Position numbers and translations under genes: made by a program. A stretch of DNA of 64,000 nucleotides from assembly GCA_038328115.1 (NCBI GenBank), contig JBBQLS010000001.1, forward strand, positions 8,568-72,567. The letters are read 5' to 3'. The notes under the pieces are model-generated. The model worked only from the letters and a program-made list of their open reading frames with translations, did no database searches and had not been told where the DNA came from. Positions 50,478 to 59,074 of the stretch are shown in pieces; position 1 is the first letter of the stretch; every line of letters begins with the position of its first letter. The stretch is from Chitinophagales bacterium (GTDB lineage Bacteria > Bacteroidota > Bacteroidia > Chitinophagales > Chitinophagaceae).

Positions 50478-50822
50478 CTATACCGCAAAACTCGTCCCGC
50501 AGCCACAAGTTTTACTGGCGTTGGGATTATTAAATGTAAACCCACGGCTGTTTAATCCTCCCTGCCAATCAACCTCCATACCCATTAAATAAATACCATG
50601 ACTTTTTTCCATAATAACCGGTATGCTATCTATCTCAAAACTTTCATCTTTTTCACCCTTGGCATCAAAGCCCAGCACATAAGTCATACCACTGCATCCC
50701 CCACCCTTTACACCAATGCGTAAACTTTGTGTTGCATCAAATCCCGTTTCCTGCATCAGGCGTTTTATTTCGTCTTTAGCACTTGCTGTTAAAGTAACCG
50801 GTGCTTCAGTAGTTGTTTCCAT
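50478..50822 (-). CDS. A-type Fe-S cluster carrier (HesB/IscA family)
   Basis: VKGGGCSG and NPNASKTCGCGTSF. Confidence 0.96.
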   Translation of the reverse strand: METTTEAPVTLTASAKDEIKRLMQETGFDATQSLRIGVKGGGCSGMTYVLGFDAKGEKDESFEIDSIPVIMEKSHGIYLMGMEVDWQGGLNSRGFTFNNPNASKTCGCGTSFAV

Positions 50823-50880
50823 ATTAAAGTCTTTGTACAAAATTAAATAAAATTGGTAAGCTGCTTTTACGAAATAGGCA

Positions 50881-50930
50881 AAAACCTATAAGGTCTGCCG
50901 CAAAGCAAAGCAGCATAGCAGACCTTATAG
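50881..50930. repeat. 13-bp perfect inverted repeat, REP-doublet-like
   Basis: CTATAAGGTCTGC (50886-50898) / GCAGACCTTATAG (50918-50930); the first arm contains its own ACCT-ata-AGGT mini-hairpin. Confidence 0.55.
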
Positions 50931-51017
50931 TATTTTAGTGAGCCCTCGTCATTTCAGATCAAGGCGTTTGGGTGACGTAACCTAAACACACTAAATTTGC
51001 CATAAATAAAACAATCT

Positions 51018-51536
51018 ATGGATTTTGCTACTGATACCCTCATTTATATACTGATAGCCATCTTGATCATGACGGTCATTACTGTGGGCTTTTTTATCAT
51101 GGAATTTAATAAACTAAAGGCCCGGTTTAATGGCGGTGCCCCAAAAAATAACGAACTGGTTAAATTAAAATTACAGGCATTGGAACGTTTCACCTTATAT
51201 GCCGAACGTTCATCTTTAATAAACCTGGTTTCCCGAACACCGGCCACAGGCCTGCATGTAGTTGATCTGCAACTTATTCTTTTAGAAACATTAAGATCGG
51301 AGTACGAATACAATGTTACTCAGCAGATTTATATTGATCCAAAACTATGGCAGGCTATCGGTAATTTAAAAGATCAGAATATTTACATCATAAACCAGAT
51401 TGCCGGCATGTTACCGCAAGATGCCAATGCTTTTGAGCTCAGCAAACGCATACTTGAATATGTATCAACCACCGATGCTGAATTAAGTGGCATTGTTTTA
51501 AATGCATTGCAGTACGAAGCAAAGATCCTTCTATAA
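51018..51536 (+). CDS. Conserved membrane-anchored hypothetical protein
   Basis: N-terminal TM; [13 protein letters not shown] and [11 protein letters not shown] motifs. Confidence 0.8.
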   Translation: MDFATDTLIYILIAILIMTVITVGFFIMEFNKLKARFNGGAPKNNELVKLKLQALERFTLYAERSSLINLVSRTPATGLHVVDLQLILLETLRSEYEYNVTQQIYIDPKLWQAIGNLKDQNIYIINQIAGMLPQDANAFELSKRILEYVSTTDAELSGIVLNALQYEAKILL

Positions 51537-51538
51537 TT

Positions 51539-53116
51539 ATGGCAACAGATAAAAAGATATTTACCGATTCGGGCATTGAAGTAAAGACCTTGTACACAGA
51601 AAAGGATTTGCGTTCCATTTCCCCTTCAGAGAGCCAGGGAGCTTTGCCTGGCGAATTTCCCTTTACCCGTGGTGTGCAACCCGATATGTACCGCGGCAAA
51701 CTATGGACCATGCGGCAATATGCCGGTTTCTCCACTGCTGAGGAAAGCAATAAACGTTATCATTATTTATTAAGCCAGGGTGTCAACGGGCTTAGTGTCG
51801 CATTTGATTTGCCTACACAAATCGGGTACGACAGCGATCATCCATTAGCCGATGGCGAAGTTGGCAAAGTAGGTGTTGCCATTAACAGCCTGGAGGATAT
51901 GGAGATACTTTTTAAAGGCATTAAGCTTGATGAGATAACCAGTTCCATGACCATAAATGCCAGCGGATTTATTTTACTGGCTTTTTACATTGCCCTGGCA
52001 AAAAAACAGGGGGCCGATCTTAAAAAAATTTCCGGCACCATACAAAACGATATTTTAAAAGAATATGCAGCCCGTGGCACTTATATCTATCCGCCCAAAG
52101 CATCCATGCGTATCATCACGGATATCTTTGAATGGTGTGCCGCAGAAGTTCCCAAGTGGAATACTATTTCCATCTCCGGTTATCATATACGTGAAGCAGG
52201 TAGCACAGCCGTACAGGAAATTGCCTTCACCCTCAGCAATGGCAAAGCTTATGTGCAGGCAGCTTTGCAAAAAGGCATGGATATAAATGTTTTTGGCAAG
52301 CGCCTCTCCTTCTTTTTTAATGCTCACAATAATTTGTTTGAAGAGATAGCCAAATTCCGTGCAGCCAGGCGTATGTGGGCCAACATCATGAAAGAACTTG
52401 GAGCAACCGACCCCAAAGCCATGATGCTGCGCTTTCATACACAAACCGGTGGCAGCACATTAACAGCACAGCAACCTTACAATAATATAAGCCGCGTTAC
52501 TGTACAAACCCTTGCTGCAGTTTTAGGTGGCACACAATCGCTGCATACCAATGGTTACGATGAAGCCCTTAGCCTGCCTACCGAAGCAGCCGCAGCCATT
52601 GCATTACGCACCCAACAGATTGTTGCTTTTGAAAGTGGCGCACCCGACACGGTTGACCCACTTGCAGGAAGTTATTTTGTAGAATCACTTACCAGCGAAG
52701 TGGAATCTGCCGCCTGGAAATTGATTGAAAAGATAGACGCCATGGGGGGCAGTGTTGCCGCCATTGAGCAGGGTTTTATACAGGATGAAATTGCAAAAAG
52801 CGCTTATGAATATCAACGCCAGATTGAAAGCGGAGAAAAGATAATTGTGGGCGTAAACAAATTTCAGACAACCGAAAAAAATACCATCCCAGGTTTTAAA
52901 ATAGATGAGCAGGTACAACAGATGCAGATCGATAAATTAAAAGCACTGAAATTGAAAAGAGATAACAATAAGGTTATTGCTTCTTTAAAAAGCCTGAATG
53001 AAAAAGCCATTAGTGGTGACAACCTCATGCCTGTTGTGCTGGAAGCCGTTGAAAATTATTGTACCCTTGGTGAGATTGCCGATGAATTGAGGAAGATCTT
53101 TGGGGAGTATAAATAG
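51539..53116 (+). CDS. Methylmalonyl-CoA mutase family, substrate-binding (large) subunit lacking a B12-binding domain
   Basis: [44 protein letters not shown]; no DxHxxG domain. Confidence 0.93.
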   Translation: MATDKKIFTDSGIEVKTLYTEKDLRSISPSESQGALPGEFPFTRGVQPDMYRGKLWTMRQYAGFSTAEESNKRYHYLLSQGVNGLSVAFDLPTQIGYDSDHPLADGEVGKVGVAINSLEDMEILFKGIKLDEITSSMTINASGFILLAFYIALAKKQGADLKKISGTIQNDILKEYAARGTYIYPPKASMRIITDIFEWCAAEVPKWNTISISGYHIREAGSTAVQEIAFTLSNGKAYVQAALQKGMDINVFGKRLSFFFNAHNNLFEEIAKFRAARRMWANIMKELGATDPKAMMLRFHTQTGGSTLTAQQPYNNISRVTVQTLAAVLGGTQSLHTNGYDEALSLPTEAAAAIALRTQQIVAFESGAPDTVDPLAGSYFVESLTSEVESAAWKLIEKIDAMGGSVAAIEQGFIQDEIAKSAYEYQRQIESGEKIIVGVNKFQTTEKNTIPGFKIDEQVQQMQIDKLKALKLKRDNNKVIASLKSLNEKAISGDNLMPVVLEAVENYCTLGEIADELRKIFGEYK

Positions 53117-53245
53117 CACGGATTATTTTAGAGCTGACAGCTTTAAAAAAAGTATCGCCTCTTGCAGCCATTATTTGGAAGTAATGTGAACCCGGCGGGA
53201 AAGAAATATCTTAAACATACTACCTTTAAAAAGAATAAGTACTCC

Positions 53246-53878
53246 ATGAAAGTGCAAAACTATTTAAAGAAAATTACCTCCCTGCATAAAATAATTGTTT
53301 TGGCGGCTTTTCAGTTTGTAGTGTCTTATAGCTATGCTCAGTATTACGAAGAGAAACCTGAAAAGGAATTCGGCCTTGGCTTAAAGGTTTTAAAAGCTAA
53401 AATTTTATATGGCCCAAAGTCTTTTTATACAACAGATCCAAAATCGGTACCCTTGCAGGTATTTTGCAGATATGACGCTCCAATAAAAATATCAAGTCTC
53501 AGTCCATATCAGCATCGCTATATTAATTTTGTGCTTGAGGGAGGTTTTCTGTTTTGTAAAGCACTAACATTTGATTCAGCCATAACAGACCCGAATACAC
53601 ATACGATAACTCATGAGCACTCAAAGAACGCAACCTATTTGCCGGTATATATGGGGCTTTATAACAGGTCTGCATTTTCAATTGGAGCCGAAATTTTTTA
53701 TTGGAAAGGTCTGGGAGTAACAGATATATGGGGGGCAAAATTTCTTTCACTTGGTTACAATGCCCAAAAATTCAGAATAACTGCTTCTGGTGAGTGGTAT
53801 GCACAAACCAAAAACATCAAAAGAAGCGGTATCTTTTTTTCAATCGACTTTTTATGGAAACTCGTAATTGATGATTAG
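53246..53878 (+). CDS. Hypothetical exported beta-rich protein
   Basis: Signal-like N-terminus, alternating beta-strand pattern, aromatic-rich C-terminus. Confidence 0.6.
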   Translation: MKVQNYLKKITSLHKIIVLAAFQFVVSYSYAQYYEEKPEKEFGLGLKVLKAKILYGPKSFYTTDPKSVPLQVFCRYDAPIKISSLSPYQHRYINFVLEGGFLFCKALTFDSAITDPNTHTITHEHSKNATYLPVYMGLYNRSAFSIGAEIFYWKGLGVTDIWGAKFLSLGYNAQKFRITASGEWYAQTKNIKRSGIFFSIDFLWKLVIDD

Positions 53879-53980
53879 TGGCATTTAGTTACAGCGCTTT
53901 TTAGGGTGCAGGCTCTTTTATGCGCCGGGGTCTCATGCCGACGCATATGGCCTGGGCTATGACGACTCTTAGCGGGATTA

Positions 53981-54339
53981 TTACTCCGAAAGTTGTGCGA
54001 CTTCTATAAAAATATTGTCGAAGTGGAAATAAAAGTCAAAACTATCCCGAATTTTTCTCGGGCCGCTTTCAATAGCAATATTTCCGTCTTTCAATCTTTT
54101 ATAAGTTTCTTCCACTTGCGCTTTTGTGTCCAGCATAAAGCCAATGTGAAAGTCTTTTGGATAACCGGAATTCCCGTCTTTGTCTGTCATTACAACAAGT
54201 ATAAAGTTGTCAGAACCTTTTAAAACTGCAATTATATTGTTGCCTTTTACAAGCGTACATCTGAAGTTAAAATAGGCTGGAAAAATGTGATTACGTTTGA
54301 AACATTTGTAACTATTAAGTTAATGTGATTAAGTTTCAT
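53981..54339 (-). pseudogene. VOC/glyoxalase family protein with a 1-nt frameshift
   Basis: MKLNHINLIVTNVSNVITFFQ then a shift near 54277 to YFNFRCTLVKGNNIIAVL..YPKDFHIGF..FDFYFHFDNIFIEV. Confidence 0.75.
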
Positions 54340-54394
54340 CTTTTATTGTAAGTCTTTTTCCATAAATCAATCATCTATAATTTTACTCACTCTG

Positions 54395-54853
54395 TCAGTA
54401 TTTGAAGAAGTATATGCTTACTGTCTTATGCCCAACCATTTTCATTTTTTGGTGAGGATTAAGGAGGCAAACACTTCGGAAATCTTACAACAAAGAGGCT
54501 CAAAAAACTTACCACTTTAGAGTAAGCATTCAAAGGATTTTTCATTTCCTATGCCAAAAGCATTAACAAAGAATATGGGCGCAAAAGCAGTTTATTTCAG
54601 GCAAAATTTAAAAAGAAAAAATCAACCGAAGGCTATTTTACAGCTGTTATTTTGTAAATACATGCCAATCCGGTTAGCGCAAAATTATGCAGTACGTATC
54701 ACGAGTATAAATACAGTTCTTATAATACCATCATTGGCAATGCAAAAACAAAAAAGATGAGGTATTGGAATGGTTTGGAGGCCGTGATTTATTTATTAAA
54801 ATATATGATGAAAGAAGGTTTGATATAGAGGAAATTGAAAAATATATTTCTTA
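54395..54853 (+). pseudogene. Decayed REP-associated tyrosine (Y1/HUH) transposase, RAYT-like
   Basis: VYAYCLMPNHFHFLVRIK (HUH motif), FFISYAKSINKEYGRKSSLFQAKFKRK, L*IHANPV (catalytic Tyr codon is TAA), YKYSSY, EVLEWFGG; several stops and frameshifts, N-terminus missing. Confidence 0.85.
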
Positions 54854-54855
54854 AA

Positions 54856-54870
54856 AGACTTCGGAAGTCT
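54856..54870. repeat. REP-like palindrome AGACTT-CGG-AAGTCT flanking the RAYT remnant
   Basis: Perfect hairpin 2 nt after the remnant stop codon; degenerate copy ACACTTCGGAAATCT at 54471-54485 inside the remnant. Confidence 0.65.
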
Positions 54871-54877
54871 ATTCCAA

Positions 54878-55924
54878 TCACTTTTTATTCATTTCACCCA
54901 ACCTTGGCCGCAGCCTTTTCTTACTCTTATTAAAAACCATCATGCCTTTATCAATGCCTTTACGCAATTCAATTTGTGCTTCAAGAGGCAGGTTATAAAT
55001 CGTCTGGCATTCAACCGTGCAGCAGCCATCATATTGTTTGGCGCAATCATCGCACTGTATAAATAATAAATGGCAACCATCGTTTTTGCAGTTGGTATGC
55101 GTATCGGCAGGTTTACCGCATTGATGGCATTTGGCTATCACATCTTCTGTAATCCGCTCTCCCAGCCTGTCGTCAAACACAAAATTTTTACCAATGAATT
55201 TTGTTTCAAGCCCGACGGCTTTTGCTTCTCTTGCATAATTTATAATGCCACCTTCCAGGTGATACACATGGTTAAACCCATGATGCAACATATAGGCACT
55301 TGCTTTTTCGCAGCGTATGCCGCCCGTGCAATACATGATGATGTTCTTATCCTTTTTATCCTGCATCATATCTACCGCCATCGGCAATTGCTCCCTGAAG
55401 GTGTCGCTGGGTATTTCAATGGCTTTTTCAAAATGGCCCACTTCATATTCGTAGTGGTTTCGCATGTCAATCACTATGGTATCATCATTTTGCAGCAAAG
55501 TATTCATCTGCGCCGCATTAACATAACTGCCTTTATTTTGCATGCTAAAGCCGGGGTCGGTAATACCATCGGCCACAATTTTTTCACGCACTTTTATTTT
55601 TAGCACCCAGAAAGATTTTCCATCATCATCGACCGCAATATTTAACCGGATGTCTTTTAATGAAGCAATGGTATTAAGATAAGCTCTGAATACTTTCACA
55701 TTACTCTCAGGCACACTTATCTGCGCATTGATACCTTCAGTAGCAATATAGATACGACCAAATACTTTTATTGCATCCAATGCCTTGTACATTTCATCCC
55801 TGAACAGTTTGGGATCATCAATCTGAAAATACTGGTAAAAAGAAATAGTGGTACGATGCTCTGCTTCAGCGTACAATAACTTTTTTAATTCCGCCTGGGA
55901 AATACGATTGTGTAATACTGCCAT
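54878..55924 (-). CDS. trhO: Rhodanese-domain tRNA uridine(34) hydroxylase
   Basis: [48 protein letters not shown], Cys-rich C-terminus. Confidence 0.92.
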   Translation of the reverse strand: MAVLHNRISQAELKKLLYAEAEHRTTISFYQYFQIDDPKLFRDEMYKALDAIKVFGRIYIATEGINAQISVPESNVKVFRAYLNTIASLKDIRLNIAVDDDGKSFWVLKIKVREKIVADGITDPGFSMQNKGSYVNAAQMNTLLQNDDTIVIDMRNHYEYEVGHFEKAIEIPSDTFREQLPMAVDMMQDKKDKNIIMYCTGGIRCEKASAYMLHHGFNHVYHLEGGIINYAREAKAVGLETKFIGKNFVFDDRLGERITEDVIAKCHQCGKPADTHTNCKNDGCHLLFIQCDDCAKQYDGCCTVECQTIYNLPLEAQIELRKGIDKGMMVFNKSKKRLRPRLGEMNKK

Positions 55925-56047
55925 AAGTTTTTAATTTGTCATTTTACATGGCCAGACGAGGGCGTCAGACCATGTGAAAGAAATCCGCATTTCGACGGAT
56001 TGGATGCTTGCAGGCAAACCAAATTGAGCAGCAAAGATATTGATTAA

Positions 56048-58600
56048 TTACAGACTTATTGAGCTACGGCCACTGCGTGAGCCGCCGGCACGTAAACTAC
56101 CGCCCAGTATTCCACCTGTTCCTATCCTGATGCCCGTTGTTGTTGATTTTCCGTTACTGTAAGCAGCCACAAAATCAACCCGGAAAATTTTCAACACATT
56201 TTCCAACCCTGCAAACAGCTCTACATAATTGTTTTTACCATTTACATAAAAGGCATTGCCGCCGCCAACCAGGTTCCAGTTAAGGCGCTTGAACAAGGGG
56301 ATTTTATTAGTAAGCAACCCATTGAAATGATGCTCCAGGTGGCCATAGGTATAAAATGAACTGATCGTACTGTTGTTGTAATATCTTGCCAATTGAAAAC
56401 TGTTAACATACTCGCTGGCTCTTAAGGTGCGGTTACCATTAAAATGCTGATAATCCTGGATGAAGACTTTACGGCTATTTAAAAACCCGCCAATACCTAC
56501 CTTATATTTTAATAAACCAGCCAGTTTAAAATTCTTATCATCGCTGATACTGAAACGCCATTTATCAAAATTTACATCGCTGCCAAAAATATTTTGTATG
56601 CCTTTTGTATAATTTAAACTGAATGTTGGATAGTTTGAACCCAGCGACATTTTGCGGTTTGGATACTGAATATATTTTTGTCCCGGCTTAATGCTAATAT
56701 CAAAACTAACGATAAAAGCCTGGTGTGCAACCGATGGATACGGTATGCTGTCTTTATAGGCATAATTAGGCGTAATATTTTTTACGCTGTTTTTAAAAAT
56801 AACAAAATCGGTCGTGTTGTCAAGCGGAATCCTGTCTTCGTACAATGCATTTACATTAAACCTAACACCGTTTTCGTATCGTTTGCTAAAGTTGATGGAT
56901 GCAAAATAATTTTCGTAAATCTTCATGTAGTTGTCGCCATAAAGCAATGTGCTGATGCCGTTGGAAAGTGTAGTTATGGGGTTGGCCTTATTAAACTGGC
57001 TCACTCTTTTACCGCCGGAGATTGTCCAGGTTTGCCGCTTTAATTTCTTATCGGTTTCCCAGTCCCGTGTTCTAAAATATAGATCGGCCCATGTATTCAG
57101 GTGTGTATTGCTTAATCCGTAACGCAGGTTTGGTTCAAAAGTAAAATTGGTCTTTAGTTTTTTCAGATAGCGGTTATAATATGGATAAACATTAATCACG
57201 AGACCTTCTACTGTGTTATATTCCAGGCCCTTCAGCAAAGGTTCTACTCCCCAACTATGATTACCATCTATTGTATATTTTGTGCGGTTAAGCCCCTTCC
57301 AGAAAATATCGTACAGCTTAAGCTTGCCTTGCTTTTTATTCATCGAATCAACCGATGCCTGGCTTTGTATGGAATCTTTATTAACCAGGAAAATACTGTC
57401 CTTAACTTTATAATCCATTTTTTCTTCGGCTTCCAGCGGCATAGGCCTGATGGTATCCCAATAAGTTACCGGCCTTTTATTAGAGGCTGTATCGTAATTA
57501 ACAATCACATTGTTAAAACGGTTTTTTGCAAATACAGGGTTAATTTTATAATCAGAATAAACTGAAACAAAATTTCCGATAGCATCAATACCAAACTGCT
57601 TAAACGAAAAATTGATGTGCTGGTTTTTTACCCGCCATACATCATTACCAACCGGCACATGAAACTGGGTTATGTGCAGGGTATCAACAATTTCTAATTG
57701 AGATGTTTTGGTAAGCAATAGATCAAGACTGTGAATGCGCCAGTCTCCATCGGTGATATTGATAGTACCCGAAAATACAGGCTCGTAAGTACGGCGCGGA
57801 ATTACCTGTATGCTGTTGATCTCTTTTCCATCTTCATAAAAACTACCCAGGTATTTAAATTTGTACATGCTGATGGCAGCATCTGCAATGGGCGATACAA
57901 AGCCACGTGGATTTAATCGGTCTAAAAAAACAGAAATATTATTTTGATAAAAACTGATGAAGGTGGGAAAGGTAAAACCAAACCCGTCGCTGCCACTCAC
58001 CCTGCTGCTGATTACTTCCATTTTAAATTTATCTGGTTGCTGCACATAAACTTTGGCAACCGATTCGGCCAGGTAAATAATTCCTTTCCGGCTGCTATCG
58101 AGGCCCATGTCTTTTACATCTTCATCCGGTATTTTACGGCCCAGAATTTTTTTGGGCAGTTTACGCAGTTTCATCAGGTCCTTAGTGTATAATCCACATT
58201 CAAAACCCTGCACCTGTTGGTTATAAAAAGGGCGTTTTTTTATGGCCTGTCTGATGATCTCGTAAGCAGGGTCTTCGCCATTCGTTACCACCACTTCGGC
58301 CATTTCCAGTTGCTGTGCAGCAATAATAAAAATGAGTTCTGCATCGTCATTTTTAACTGTAATATTTTTTTCCTGTGTTTTATAGCCTATATGCTGGCAA
58401 ACAACGGTATAAGTTCCCGGTAAAACGGTAAAAGAAAATTTTGCTTTATCATTGGCACTGGTGCCAATGGATGTGCCTTTAATGGTTACAGAAGCATAGG
58501 GCAACAAATCGCCTTTATCAGAAAATACAGTGCCGTAAATTTTTTGTGCTGAGGAAGTGTTGGAAAAAAATATAAAGAGGAAGAATAAAGTTCTGGGCAT
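56048..58600 (-). CDS. DUF5686 + carboxypeptidase-regulatory-like outer-membrane protein
   Basis: Signal peptide from MPRTL, N-terminal carboxypeptidase-regulatory-like domain, EDPAYEII, FVSPIAD, beta-barrel-like C-terminus (HLEHHFNG). Confidence 0.82.
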   Translation of the reverse strand: MPRTLFFLFIFFSNTSSAQKIYGTVFSDKGDLLPYASVTIKGTSIGTSANDKAKFSFTVLPGTYTVVCQHIGYKTQEKNITVKNDDAELIFIIAAQQLEMAEVVVTNGEDPAYEIIRQAIKKRPFYNQQVQGFECGLYTKDLMKLRKLPKKILGRKIPDEDVKDMGLDSSRKGIIYLAESVAKVYVQQPDKFKMEVISSRVSGSDGFGFTFPTFISFYQNNISVFLDRLNPRGFVSPIADAAISMYKFKYLGSFYEDGKEINSIQVIPRRTYEPVFSGTINITDGDWRIHSLDLLLTKTSQLEIVDTLHITQFHVPVGNDVWRVKNQHINFSFKQFGIDAIGNFVSVYSDYKINPVFAKNRFNNVIVNYDTASNKRPVTYWDTIRPMPLEAEEKMDYKVKDSIFLVNKDSIQSQASVDSMNKKQGKLKLYDIFWKGLNRTKYTIDGNHSWGVEPLLKGLEYNTVEGLVINVYPYYNRYLKKLKTNFTFEPNLRYGLSNTHLNTWADLYFRTRDWETDKKLKRQTWTISGGKRVSQFNKANPITTLSNGISTLLYGDNYMKIYENYFASINFSKRYENGVRFNVNALYEDRIPLDNTTDFVIFKNSVKNITPNYAYKDSIPYPSVAHQAFIVSFDISIKPGQKYIQYPNRKMSLGSNYPTFSLNYTKGIQNIFGSDVNFDKWRFSISDDKNFKLAGLLKYKVGIGGFLNSRKVFIQDYQHFNGNRTLRASEYVNSFQLARYYNNSTISSFYTYGHLEHHFNGLLTNKIPLFKRLNWNLVGGGNAFYVNGKNNYVELFAGLENVLKIFRVDFVAAYSNGKSTTTGIRIGTGGILGGSLRAGGSRSGRSSISL

Positions 58601-58673
58601 AGTTTGTTTTGAGTATAACAAAATTAGTACCGATTTTGTTATATAAACTCTAAAATTAAATAACGTAAAATTT

Positions 58674-59021
58674 CTATGCCTTGATTTTACGCATATAACT
58701 GCCCGCCAAAGCAGCAAAACCCGCCACCAATGCACCAATTAAAGCGGTAGCCAGAATCAGGGCAACCGGGCTATCCATTTTTAAAATAACCTGCGATACT
58801 TTATGCGCCAGCATATTTTCATTGTTATTGCTCATCCAAAAGCTTAAACCACCCCATAATAGAAACAGGGCTGCAAAACCTGTAATAAATGATTTAAGTG
58901 GCTTTTGGGGTATCAGGGCAGCCACAACAAATGCCGCAATGGCAATACTCCACCAGGGTAAAAATAAACACACGGCAAAGCTCAGTAAAATGGTAAGTAT
59001 AAGAGAGATGAAAAATTTCAT
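58674..59021 (-). CDS. Small membrane protein
   Basis: 115 aa, LPWWS motif, three to four TM segments. Confidence 0.75.
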   Translation of the reverse strand: MKFFISLILTILLSFAVCLFLPWWSIAIAAFVVAALIPQKPLKSFITGFAALFLLWGGLSFWMSNNNENMLAHKVSQVILKMDSPVALILATALIGALVAGFAALAGSYMRKIKA

Positions 59022-59074
59022 TAGTAAAGGTTTAGAAAGTTTAGTGGTTCAGGAGTTTAGTTTTTGCTTATTGC

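Noticed and set aside
51539-53116. Truncated methylmalonyl-CoA mutase pseudogene
   Set aside because: Split mutases with a separately encoded B12-binding subunit are well established, and the ORF ends with the normal TLGEI..LR..FGEY terminus.
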